Assembly: GCA_964016885.1 (NCBI GenBank)
Contig: OZ024743.1
Location: 209,498,001-209,562,000 of the forward strand
From: Eledone cirrhosa
Lineage: Eukaryota
Length of the DNA stretch: 64,000 bases
Reading direction: 5' to 3'
Part shown: positions 43,814 through 58,000 of the stretch, piece after piece
Layout of the letters: every line of letters begins with the position of its first letter
Numbering within the stretch: the stretch's first letter is position 1
Translations under genes and position numbers: made by a program
Notes under the pieces: model-generated
The model's database searches: none
The model's input: the letters and a program-made list of their open reading frames with translations, nothing else
Told to the model about the DNA's origin: nothing

Positions 43814-46800
43814 CTGAAAGCTTTTCACTCCATAAGATATACCACAATTTACAATCCTATGGCCACACATGAAAGCTCTTCACTGCATAATATATTCCAC
43901 AGTTTACCATCCTATAGCCACACATGAGAGCTCTTCACTCCATAAGATATACCACTGTTTACCATCCTATGGCCACACATGAAAGCTCTTCACTCCATAA
44001 GATATACCACTGTTTACCATCCTATGGCCACACATGAAAGCTTTTCACTCCATAAGATATACCACAGTTTACCATCCTATAGCCACACATGAAAGCTCTT
44101 CACTCCATAAGATATACCACAGTTTACAATCCTATAGCCACAGATGAAAGCTCTTCACTCAATAAGATATACCACAGTTTACCATCCTATGGCCACAGAT
44201 GAAAGCTCTTCACTCCATAAGATATACCACAGTTTACCACCCTATGGCCACAGATGAAAGCTCTTCACTCCATAAGATATACCACAGTTTACCATCCGAT
44301 AGCCACACATGAAAGCTCTTCACTCCATAAGATATAGAACAGTTTACCATCCTATAGCCAGATGAATGCTCTTCACTCCATAAGATATACGACAGTTTAC
44401 CATCCTATAGCCACACATGAGAGCTCTTCATACAGTAAGATATACCACAGTTTACCATCCTATGGCCACACATGAAAGCTCTTCACTCCATAAAATATAC
44501 CACTGTTTACCATCCTATGGCCACACATGAAAGCTTTTCACTCCATAAGATATACCACTGTTTACCATCCTATGGCCACACATGAAAGCTCTTCACTCCA
44601 TAAGATATACCACTGTTTACCATCCTATGGCCACACATGAAAGCTTTTCACTCCATAAGATATACCACAGTTTACCATCCTATAGCCACACATGAAAGCT
44701 CTTCACTCCATAAGATATACCACTGTTTACCATCCTATGGCCACACATGAAAGCTCTTCACTCCATAAGATATACCACAGTTTACCATCCTATAGCCAGA
44801 TGAAAGCTCTTCACTCCATAAGATATACCATAGTTTACCACCCTATGGCCACAGATGAAAGCTCTTCACTCCATGAGATATACCACAGTTTACCATCCTA
44901 TAGCCACGCCATGGATGAAAACTCTTCACTCCATAAGATATACCACAGTTTACAATCCTATAGCCACAGATGAAAGCTCTTCACTCAATAAGATATACCA
45001 CAGTTTACCATCCTATGGCCACAGATGAAAGCTCTTCACTCCATAAGATATACCACAGTTTACCATCCTATAGCCACACATGAAAGCTCTTCACTCCATA
45101 AGATATACCACAGTTTACCATCCTATAGCCACAGATGAAAGCTGTTCACTCCATAAGATATACGACAGTTTACCATCCTATGGCCACAGATGAAAGCTCT
45201 TCACTCCATAAGATATACCACAGTTTACCACCCTATGGCCACAGATGAGAACTCTTCACTCCATAAGATATACCACAGTTTACCATCTTATAGCCACGCC
45301 ACGGATGAAAGCTCTTCACTCCATAAGATATACCACAGTTTACCATCCTATAGCCAGATGAAAGCTCTTCACTCCATAAGATATACCATAGTTTACCACC
45401 CTATGGCCACAGATGAAAGCTCTTCACTCCATGAGATATACCACAGTTTACCATCCTATAGCCACGCCATGGATGAAAGCTCTTCACTCCCTAAGATATA
45501 CCACAGTTTACAATCCTATAGCCACAGATGAAAGCTCTTCACTCAATAAGATATACCACAGTTTACCATCCTATGGCCACAGATGAAAGCTCTTCACTCC
45601 ATAAGATATACCACAGTTTACCATCCTATAGCCACACATGAAAGCTCTTCACTCCATAAGATATACCACAGTTTACCATCCTATAGCCACAGATGAAAGC
45701 TCTTCACTCCATAAGATATACCACAGTTTACCATCCTATAGCCACACATAAAAGCTCTTCACTCCATAAGATATACCACAGTTTACCATCCTATAGCCAC
45801 AGATGAAAGCTGTTCACTCCATAAGATATACGACAGTTTACCATCCTATGGCCACAGATGAAAGCTCTTCACTCCATAAGATATACCACAGTTTACCACC
45901 CTATGGCCACAGATGAGAACTCTTCACTCCATAAGATATACCACAGTTTGCCATCTTATAGCCACGCCACGGATGAAAGCTCTTCACTCCATAAGATATA
46001 CCACAGTTTACCATCCTATAGCCAGATGAAAGCTCTTCACTCCATAAGATATACCATAGTTTACCACCCTATGGCCACAGATGAAAGCTCTTCACTCCAT
46101 GAGATATACCACAGTTTACCATCCTATAGCCACGCCATGGATGAAAGCTCTTCACTCCATAAGATATACCACAGTTTACAATCCTATAGCCACAGATGAA
46201 AGCTCTTCACTCAATAAGATATACCACAGTTTACCATCCTATGGCCACAGATGAAAGATCTTCACTCCATAAGATATACCACAGTTTACCATCCTATAGC
46301 CACAGATGAAAGCTGTCCACTCCATAAGATATACGACAGTTTACCATCCTATGGCCACAGATGAAAGCTCTTCACTCCATAAGATATACCACAGTTTACC
46401 ACCCTATGGCCACAGATGAGAACTCTTCACTCCATAAGATATACCACAGTTTGCCATCTTATAGCCACGCCACGGATGAAAGCTCTTCACTCCATAAGAT
46501 ATACCACAGTTTACCATCCTATAGCCAGATGAAAGCTCTTCACTCCATAAGATATACCATAGTTTACCACCCTATGGCCACAGATGAAAGCTCTTCACTC
46601 CATGAGATATACCACAGTTTACCATCCTATAGCCACGCCATGGATGAAAGCTCTTCACTCCATAAGATATACCACTGTTTAACATCCTATGGCCACACAT
46701 GAAAGCTCTTCACTCCATAAGATATACCACAGTTTACAATCCTATGGCCACACATGAAAGCTCTTCACTCCATAATATATTCCACAGTTTACCATCCTAT

Positions 46801-49800
46801 AGCCACACATGAGAGCTCTTCACTCCATAAGATATACCACTGTTTACCATCCTATGGCCACACATGAAAGCTCTTCACTCCATAAGATATACCACTGTTT
46901 ACCATCCTATGGCCACACATGAAAGCTTTTCACTCCATAAGATATAACACAGTTTACCATCCTATAGCCACACATGAAAGCTCTTCACTCCATAAGATAT
47001 ACCACTGTTTACCATCCTATGGCCACACATGAAAGCTCTTCACTCCATAAGATATACCACTGTTTACCATCCTATGGCCACACATGAAAGCTCTTCACTC
47101 CATAAGATATACCACAGTTAACCATCCTATAGCCAGATGAAAGCTGTTCACTCCATAAGATATACCACAGTTTACCATCCTATAGCCACACATGAAAGCT
47201 CTTCACTCCATAAGATATACCACAGTTTACCATCCTATAGCCACAGATGAAAGCTGTTCACTCCATAAGATATATGACAGTTTACCATCCTATAGCCACA
47301 GATGAAAGCTGCTCACTCCATAAGATATACCACAGTTTACCATCCTATAGCCAGATGAAAGCTCTTCACTCCATAAGATATACCATAGTTTACCACCCTA
47401 TGGCCACAGATGAAAGCTCTTCACTCCATGAGATATACCACAGTTTACCATCCTATAGCCACGCCATGGATGAAAGCTCTTCACTCCATAAGATATACCA
47501 CAGTTTACAATCCTATAGCCACAGATGAAAGCTCTTCACTCCATAAGATATACCACAGTTTACCATCCTATAGCCACAGATGAAAGCTGTTCACTCCATA
47601 AGATATACGACAGTTTACCATCCTATGGCCACAGATGAAAGCTCTTCACTCCATAAGATATACCACAGTTTACCACCCTATGGCCACAGATGAGAACTCT
47701 TCACTCCATAAGATATACCACAGTTTACCATCTTATAGCCACGCCACGGATGAAAGCTCTTCACTCCATAAGATATACCACAGTTTACCATCATATAGCC
47801 AGATGAAAGCTCTTCACTCCATAAGATATACCATAGTTTACCACCCTATGGCCACAGATGAAAGCTCTTCACTCCATGAGAGATACCACAGTTAACCATC
47901 CTATAGCCACGCCATGGATGAAAGCTCTTCACTCCATAAGATATACCACAGTTTACAATCCTATAGCCACAGATGAAAGCTCTTCACTCAATAAGATATA
48001 CCACAGTTTACCATCCTATGGCCACAGATGAAAGCTCTTCACTCCATAAGATATACCACAGTTTACCATCCTATAGCCACACATGAAAGCTCTTCACTCC
48101 ATAAGATATACCACAGTTTACCATCCTATAGCCACAGATGAAAGCTGTTCACTCCATAAGATATACGACAGTTTACCATCCTATGGCCACAGATGAAAGC
48201 TCTTCACTCCATAAGATATACCACAGTTTACCACCCTATGGCCACAGATGAGAACTCTTCACTCCATAAGATATACCACAGTTTACCATCTTATAGCCAC
48301 GCCACGGATGAAAGCTCTTCACTCCATAAGATATACCACAGTTTACCATCCTATAGTCACACATGAAAGCTCTTCACTCCATAAGATATAACACAGTTTA
48401 CCATCCTATAGCCAGATGAAAGTTCTTCACTCCATAAGATATACCACAGTTTACTATCCTATAGCCACAGATGAAAGCTCTTCACTCCATAAGATATACC
48501 ACAGTTTACCATCCTATAGCCACAGATGAAAGCTCTTCACTCCATAAGATATACCACAGTTTACCATCCTATAGCCACACATGAAAGCTCTTCACTCCAT
48601 AAGATATACCACAGTTTACCATCCTATAGCCAGATGAAAGCTCTTCACTCCATAAGATATACCATAGTTTACCACCCTATGGCCACAGATGAAAGCTCTT
48701 CACTCCATGAGATATACCACAGTTTACCATCCTATAGCCACGCCATGGATGAAAGCTCTTCACTCCATAAGATATACCACAGTTTACAATCCTATAGCCA
48801 CAGATGAAAGCTCTTCACTCAATAAGATATACCACAGTTTACCATCCTATGGCCACAGATGAAAGCTCTTCACTCCATAAGATATACCACAGTTTACCAT
48901 CCTATAGCCACACATGAAAGCTCTTCACTCCATAAGATATACCACAGTTTACCATCCTATAGCCACAGATGAAAGCTGTTCACTCCATAAGATATACGAC
49001 AGTTTACCATCCTATGGCCACAGATGAAAGCTCTTCACTCCATAAGATATACCACAGTTTACCACCCTATGGCCACAGATGAGAACTCTTCACTCCATAA
49101 GATATACCACAGTTTGCCATCTTATAGCCACGCCACGGATGAAAGCTCTTCACTCCATAAGATATACCACAGTTTACCATCCTATAGCCAGATGAAAGCT
49201 CTTCACTCCATAAGATATACCATAGTTTACCACCCTATGGCCACAGATGAAAGCTCTTCACTCCATGAGATATACCACAGTTTACCATCCTATAGCCACG
49301 CCATGGATGAAAGCTCTTCACTCCATAAGATATACCACAGTTTACAATCCTATAGCCACAGATGAAAGCTCTTCACTCAATAAGATATACCACAGTTTAC
49401 CATCCTATAGTCACACATGAAAGCTCTTCACTCCATAAGATATAACACAGTTTACCATCGTATAGCCAGATGAAAGTTCTTCACTCCATAAGATATACCA
49501 CAGTTTACTATCCTATAGCCACAGATGAAAGCTCTTCACTCCATAAGATATACCACAGTTTACCATCCTACAGCCACAGATGAAAGCTCTTCACTCCATA
49601 AGATATACCACAGTTTACCATCCTATAGCCACACATGAAAGCTCTTCACTCCATAAGATATACCACAGTTTACCATCCTATAGCCACACATGAAAGCTCT
49701 TCACTCCATAAAATATACCACAGTTTACCATGCTATAGCCATACATGAAAGCTCTTCACTCCATAAGATATACCACTGTTTACCATCCTATAGCCACACA

Positions 49801-52056
49801 TGACAGCTCTTCACTCCATAAAATATACCACAGTTTACCACTCTATAGCCACACATGAGAGCTCTTCACTCCATAAGATATACCACAGTTTACCATCATA
49901 TAGCCACACATGAGAGCTCGTCACTCCATAAGATATACCACAGTTTACCATCCTATAGCCACACATGAGAGCTCTTTACTCCATAAGATATACCACAGTT
50001 TACCATCCTATAGCCACACATGAGAGCTCTTCACTCCATAAGATATACCACAGTTTACCATGCTATGGCCACACATGAATGCTCTTCACTCCATAAGATA
50101 TACCACTGTTTACCATCCTATGGCCACACATGAAAGCTCTTCACTCCATAAGATATACCACAGTTTACAATCCTATGGCCACACATGAAAGCTCTTCACT
50201 CCATAATATATTCCACAGTTTACCATCCTATAGCCACACATGAGAGCTCTTCACTCCATAAGATATACCACTGTTTACCATCCTATGGCCACACATGAAA
50301 GCTCTTCACTCCATAAGATATACCACTGTTTACCATCCTATGGCCACACATGAAGGCTTTTCACTCCATAAGATATACCACAGTTTACCATCCTATAGCC
50401 ACACATGCAAGCTCTTCACTCCATAAGATATACCACTGTTTACCATCCTATGGCCACACATGAAAGCTCTTCACTCCATAAGATATACCACAGTTTACCA
50501 TCCTATAGCCACAGATGAAAGCTCTTCACTCCATAAGATATAACACAGTTTACCATCCTATAGCCAGATGAAAGCTCTTCACTCCATAAGATATACCACA
50601 GTTTACCACCCTATGGCCACATATGAAAGCTCTTCACTCCATGAGATATACCACAGTTTACCATCCTATAGCCACGCCACGGATGAAAGCTCTTCACTGC
50701 ATAAGATATACCACAGTTTACAATCCTATAGACACAGATGAAAGCTCTTCACTCAATAAGATATACCACAGTTTACCATCCTATGGCCACAGATGAAAGC
50801 TCTTCACTCCATAAGATATACCACAGTTTACCATCCTATGGCCACAGATGAAAGCTCTTCACTCCAGAAGATATACAACAGTTTACCACCATATGGCCAC
50901 AGATGAGAACTCTTCACTCCATAAGATATACCACAGTTTACCATCTTATAGCCACGCCACGGATGAAAGCTCTTCACTCCATAAGATATACCACAGTTTA
51001 CCATCCTATAGTCACACATGAAAGCTCTTCACTCCATAAGATATAACACAGTTTACCATCCTATAGCCAGATGAAAGTTCTTCACTCCATAAGATATACC
51101 ACAGTTTACTATCCTATAGCCACAGATGAAAGCTCTTCACTCCATAAGATATACCACAGTTTACCATCCTATAGCCACAGATGAAAGTTCTTCACTCCAT
51201 AAGATATACCACAGTTTACCATCCTATAGCCACAGATGAAAGCTGTTCACTCCATAAGATATACCACAGTTTACCATCCTATAGCCACACATGAAAGCTC
51301 TTCACTCCATAAGATATACCACAGTTTACCATCCTATAGCCACAGATGAAAGCTGTTCACTCCATAAGATATATGACAGTTTACCATCCTATAGCCACAG
51401 ATAAAAGCTGCTCACTCCATAAGATATACCACAGGTTACCATCCTATAGCCAGATGAAAGCTCTTCACTCCATAAGATATACCACAGCTTACCATCCTAT
51501 AGCCACAGATGAAAGCTGTTCACTCCATAAGATATACCACAGTTTACCATCCTATAGCCAGATGAAAGCTCTTCACTCCATAAGATATACCACAGTTTAC
51601 CATCCTATAGCCACAGATGAGAGCTCTTCACTCCATAAGATATACCACAGTTTACCATGCTATGGCCACACATGAAAGCTCTTCACTCCATAAGATATAC
51701 CACTGTTTACCATCCTATGGCCACACATGAAAGCTCTTCACTCCATAAGATATACCACAGTTTACAATCCTATGGCCACACATGAAAGCTCTTCACTCCA
51801 TAATATATTCCACAGTTTACCATCCTATAGCCACACATGAGAGCTCTTCACTCCATAAGATATACCACTGTTTACCATCCTATGGCCACACATGAAAGCT
51901 CTTCACTCCATAAGATATACCACTGTTTACCATCCTATGGCCACACATGAAAGCTTTTCACTCCATAAGATATACCACAGTTTACCATCCTATAGCCACA
52001 CATGAAAGCTCTTCACTCCATAAGATATACCACTGTTTACCATCCTATGGCCACAC

Positions 52057-55000
52057 ATGAAAGCTCTTCACTCCATAAGATATACCACTGTTTACCATCC
52101 TATGGCCACACATGAAAGCTCTTCACTCCATAAGATATACCACAGTTTACCATCCTATAGCCAGATGAAAGCTGTTCACTCCATAAGATATACCACAGTT
52201 TACCATCCTATAGCCACACATGAAAGCTCTTCACTCCATAAGATATACCACAGTTTACCATCCTATAGCCACAGATGAAAGCTGTTCACTCCATAAGATA
52301 TATGACAGTTTACCATCCTATAGCCACAGATGAAAGCTGCTCACTCCATAAGATATACCACAGTTTACCATCCTATAGCCAGATGAAAGCTCTTCACTCC
52401 ATAAGATATACCACAGCTTACCATCCTATAGCCACAGATGAAAGCTGTTCACTCCATAAGATATACCACAGTTTACCATCCTATAGCCAGATGAAAGCTC
52501 TTCACTCCATAAGATATACCACAGTTTACCATCCTATAGCCACAGATGAAAGCTCTTCACTCCATAAAATATACCACAGTTTACCATCCCAAAGCCACAG
52601 ATGAAAGCTCTTCACTCCATAAGATATACCTCAGTTTACCATCCTATAGCCACACATGAGAGCTCTTCACTCCATAAGATATACCACAGTTTACCATCCT
52701 ATAGCCACACATGAGAGCTCTTCACTCCATAAGATATACCACAGTTTACCATCCTATGGCCACAAATGAAAGCTCTTCACCCCATAAGATATACCACAGT
52801 TTACCATCATATATCCAGATGAAAGCTCTTCACTCCGTAAAATATACCACAGTTTACCATCCTGTAGCCACACATGAGAGCTTTTCACTCCATAAGATAT
52901 ACCACAGTTTACCATCCTATAGCCACACATGAGAGCTCTTCACTCCATGAGATATACCACAGTTTACCATCCTATTGCCACACATGAAAGCTCTTCACTC
53001 CATAAGATATAGCACAGTTTACCATCCTATAGGCACACATGAAAGCTCTTCACTCCATAAGATATAGCACAGTTTACCATCCTATAGCCAGATGAATGCT
53101 CTTCACTCCATAAGATATACGACAGTTTACCATCCTATAGCCACACATGAAATCTCTTCACTCCATAAGATATACCTCAGTTTATCATCCTATAGCCACA
53201 GATGAAAGCTCTTCACTCCATAAGATATACCACAGTTTACCATCCTATAGCCACACATGAAAGCTCTTCACGCCATCAGATATACCTCAGTTTACCATCC
53301 AATAGCCACAGATGAAAGCTCTTCACTCCATAAGATATACCACAGTTTACCATCCTATAGCCACACATGAGAGCTCTTTACTCCATAAGATATACCACAG
53401 TTTACCATCCTATAGCCACACATGAGAGCTCTTCACTCCATAAGATATACCACAGTTTACCATGCTATGGCCACACATGAAAGCTCTTCACTCAATAAGA
53501 TATACCACTGTTTACCATCCTATGGCCACACATGAAAGCTCTTCACTCCATAAGATATACCACAGTTTACAATCCTATGGCCACACATGAAAGCTCTTCA
53601 CTCCATAATATATTCCACAGTTTACCATCCTATAGCCAGACATGAGAGCTCTTCACTCCATAAGATATACCACTGTTTACCATCCTATGGCCACACATGA
53701 AAGCTCTTCACTCCATAAGATATACCACTGTTTACCATCCTATGGCCACACATGAAAGCTTTTCACTCCATAAGATATACCACAGTTTACCATCCTATAG
53801 CCACACATGAAAGCTCTTCACTCCATAAGATATACCACTGTTTACCATCCTATGGCCACACATGAAAGCTCTTCACTCCATAAGATATACCACAGTTTAC
53901 CATCCTATAGCCAGATGAAAGCTCTTCACTCCATAAAATATACCACAGTTTACCATCCTATAGCCACAGATGAAAGCTCTTCACTCCATAAGATATACCA
54001 CAGTTTACCATCCAATAGCCAGATGAAAGCTCTTCACTCCATAAGATATACCATAGTTTACCACCCTATGGCCACAGATGAAAGCTCTTCACTCCATGAG
54101 ATATACCACAGTTTACCATCCTATAGCCACGCCATGGATGAAAGCTCTTCACTCCATAAGATATACCACAGTTTACAATCCTATAGCCACAGATGAAAGC
54201 TCTTCACTCAATAAGATATACCACAGTTTACCATCCTATGGCCACAGATGAAAGCTCTTCACTCCATAAGATATACCACAGTTTACCATCCTATAGTCAC
54301 ACATGAAAGCTCTTCACTCCATAAGATACACCACAGTTTACCATCCTATAGCCACAGATGAAAGCTCTTCACTCCATAAGATATACCACAGTTTACCATC
54401 CTATAGCCACAGATGAAAGCTGTTCACTCCATAAGATATACCACAGTTTACCATCCTATAGCCACAGATGAAAGCTGTTCACTCCATAAGATATACGACA
54501 GTTTACCATCCTATGGCCACAGATGAAAGCTCTTCACTCCATAAGATATACCACAGTTTACCACCCTATGGCCACAGATGAGAACTCTTCACTCCATAAG
54601 ATATACCACAGTTTACCATCTTATAGCCACGCCACGGATGAAAGCTCTTCACTCCATAAGATATACCACAGTTTACCATCCTATAGTCACACATGAAAGC
54701 TCTTCACTCCATAAGATATAACACAGTTTACCATCCTATAGCCAGATGAAAGTTCTTCACTCCATAAGATATACCACAGTTTACTATCCTATAGCCACAG
54801 ATGAAAGCTCTTCACTCCATAAGATATACCACAGTTTACCATCCTATAGCCACAGATGAAAGCTCTTCACTCCATAAGATATACCACAGTTTACCATCCT
54901 ATAGCCACACATGAAAGCTCTTCACTCCATAAGATATACCACAGTTTACCATCCTATAGCCACACATGAAAGCTCTTCACTCCATAAAATATACCACAGT

Positions 55001-58000
55001 TTACCATCCTATAGCCATACATGAAAGCTCTTCACTCCATAAGATATACCACTGTTTACCATCCTATAGCCACACATGACAGCTCTTCACTCCATAAAAT
55101 ATACCACAGTTTACCATCCTATAGCCACACATGAGAGCTCTTCACTCCATAAGATATACCACAGTTTACCATCATATAGCCACACATGAGAGCTCTTCAC
55201 TCCATAAGATATACCACAGTTTACCATCCTATAGCCACACATGAGAGCTCTTTACTCCATAAGATATACCACAGTTTACCATCCTATAGCCACACATGAG
55301 AGCTCTTCACTCCATAAGATATACCACAGTTTACCATGCTATGGCCACACATGAATGCTCTTCACTCCATAAGATATACCACTGTTTACCATCCTATGGC
55401 CACACATGAAAGCTCTTCACTCCATAAGATATACCACAGTTTACAATCCTATGGCCACACATGAAAGCTCTTCACTCCATAATATATTCCACAGTTTACC
55501 ATCCTATAGCCACACATGAGAGCTCTTCACTCCATAAGATATACCACTGTTTACCATCCTATGGCCACACATGAAAGCTCTTCACTCCATAAGATATACC
55601 ACTGTTTACCATCCTATGGCCACACATGAAGGCTTTTCACTCCATAAGATATACCACAGTTTACCATCCTATAGCCACACATGCAAGCTCTTCACTCCAT
55701 AAGATATACCACTGTTTACCATCCTATGTCCACACATGAAAGCTCTTCACTCCATAAGATATACCACAGTTTACCATCCTATAGCCACACATGAGAGCTC
55801 TTCACACCATAAGATATACCACAGTTTACCATCCTATAGCCAGATTAAAGCTCTTCACTCCATAAAATATACCACAGTTTACTATCCTATAGCCACACAT
55901 GAAAGCTCTTCACTCCATAAGATATACCACAGTTTACCATCCTATAGCCACACATGAGAGCTCTTCACTCCATAAGATATACCACAGTTTACCATCCTAT
56001 AGCCACACATGAGAGCTCTTCAGTCCATAAGATATACCACAGTTTACCATCCTATAGCCACACATGAGAGCTCTTTACTCCATAAGATATACCACAGTTT
56101 ACCATCCTATAGCCACACATGAGAGCTCTTCACTCCATAAGATATACCACAGTTTACCATGCTATGGCCACACATGAAAGCTCTTCACTCCATAAGATAT
56201 ACCACTGTTTACCATCCTATGGCCACACATGAAAGCTCTTCACTCCATAAGATATACCACAGTTTACAATCCTATGGCCACACATGAAAGCTCTTCACTC
56301 CATAATATATTCCACAGTTTACCATCCTATAGCCACACATGAGAGCTCTTCACTCCATAAGATATACCACTGTTTACCATCCTATGGCCACACATGAAAG
56401 CTCTTCACTCCATAAGATATACCACTGTTTACCATCCTATGGCCACACATGAAAGCTTTTCACTCCATAAGATATACCACAGTTTACCATCCTATAGCCA
56501 CAAATGAAAGCTCTTCACTCCATAAGATATACCACTGTTTACCATCCTATGGCAACACATGAAAGCTCTTCACTCCATAAGATATACCACAGTTTACCAT
56601 CCTATAGCCAGATGAAAGCTCTTCACTCCATAAAATATACCACAGTTTACCATCCTATAGCCACAGATGAAAGCTCTTCACTCCATAAGATATACCACAG
56701 TTTACCATCCTATAGCCAGATGAAAGCTCTTCACTCCATAAGATATACCATAGTTTACCACCCTATGGCCACAGATGAAAGCTCTTCACTCCATGAGATA
56801 TACCACAGTTTACCATCCTATAGCCACGCCATGGATGAAAGCTCTTCACTCCATAAGATATAACACAGTTTACCATCCTATAGCCACACATGAAAGCTCT
56901 TCACTCCATAAAATATACCACAGTTTACCATCCTATAGCCATACATGAAAGCTCTTCACTCCATAAGATATACCACTGTTTACCATCCTATAGCCACACA
57001 TGACAGCTCTTCACTCCATAAAATATACCACAGTTTACCATCCTCCTATAGCCACACATGAGAGCTCTTCACTCCATAAGATATACCACAGTTTACCATC
57101 ATATAGCCACACATGAGAGCTCTTCACTCCATAAGATATACCACAGTTTACCATCCTATAGCCACACATGAGAGCTCTTTACTCCATAAGATATACCACA
57201 GTTTACCATCCTATAGCCACACATGAGAGCTCTTCACTCCATAAGATATACCACAGTTTACCATGCTATGGCCACACATGAATGCTCTTCATTCCATAAG
57301 ATATACCACTGTTTACCATCCTATGGCCACACATGAAAGCTCTTCACTCCATAAGATATACCACAGTTTACAATCCTATGGCCACACATGAAAGCTCTTC
57401 ACTCCATAATATATTCCACTGTTTACCATCCTATAGCCACACATGAGAGCTCTTCACTCCATAAGATATACCACTGTTTACCATCCTATGGCCACACATG
57501 AAAGCTCTTCACTCCATAAGATATACCACTGTTTACCATCCTATGGCCACACATGAAGGCTTTTCACTCCATAAGATATACCACAGTTTACCATCCTATA
57601 GCCACACATGCAAGCTCTTCACTCCATAAGATATACCACTGTTTACCATCCTATGGCCACACATGAAAGCTCTTCACTCCATAAGATATACCACAGTTTA
57701 CCATCCTATAGCCACAGATGAAAGCTCTTCACTCCATAAGATATACCACAGTTTACCATCCTATAGCCAGATGAAAGCTCTTCACTCCATAAGATATACC
57801 ACAGTTTACCACCCTATGGCCACATATGAAAGCTCTTCACTCCATGAGATATACCACAGTTTACCATCCTATAGCCACGCCACGGATGAAAGCTCTTCAC
57901 TCCATAAGATATACCACAGTTTACAATCCTATAGACACAGATGAAAGCTCTTCACTCAATAAGATATACCACAGTTTACTATCCTATGGCCACAGATGAA

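Noticed and set aside
35853-51019. Four minus-strand ORFs (35853, 39857, 41966, 50828)
   Set aside because: They arise from chance loss of stops or in-frame 60-mer runs in the same repeat, and two are copies made by the 2109-bp duplication.
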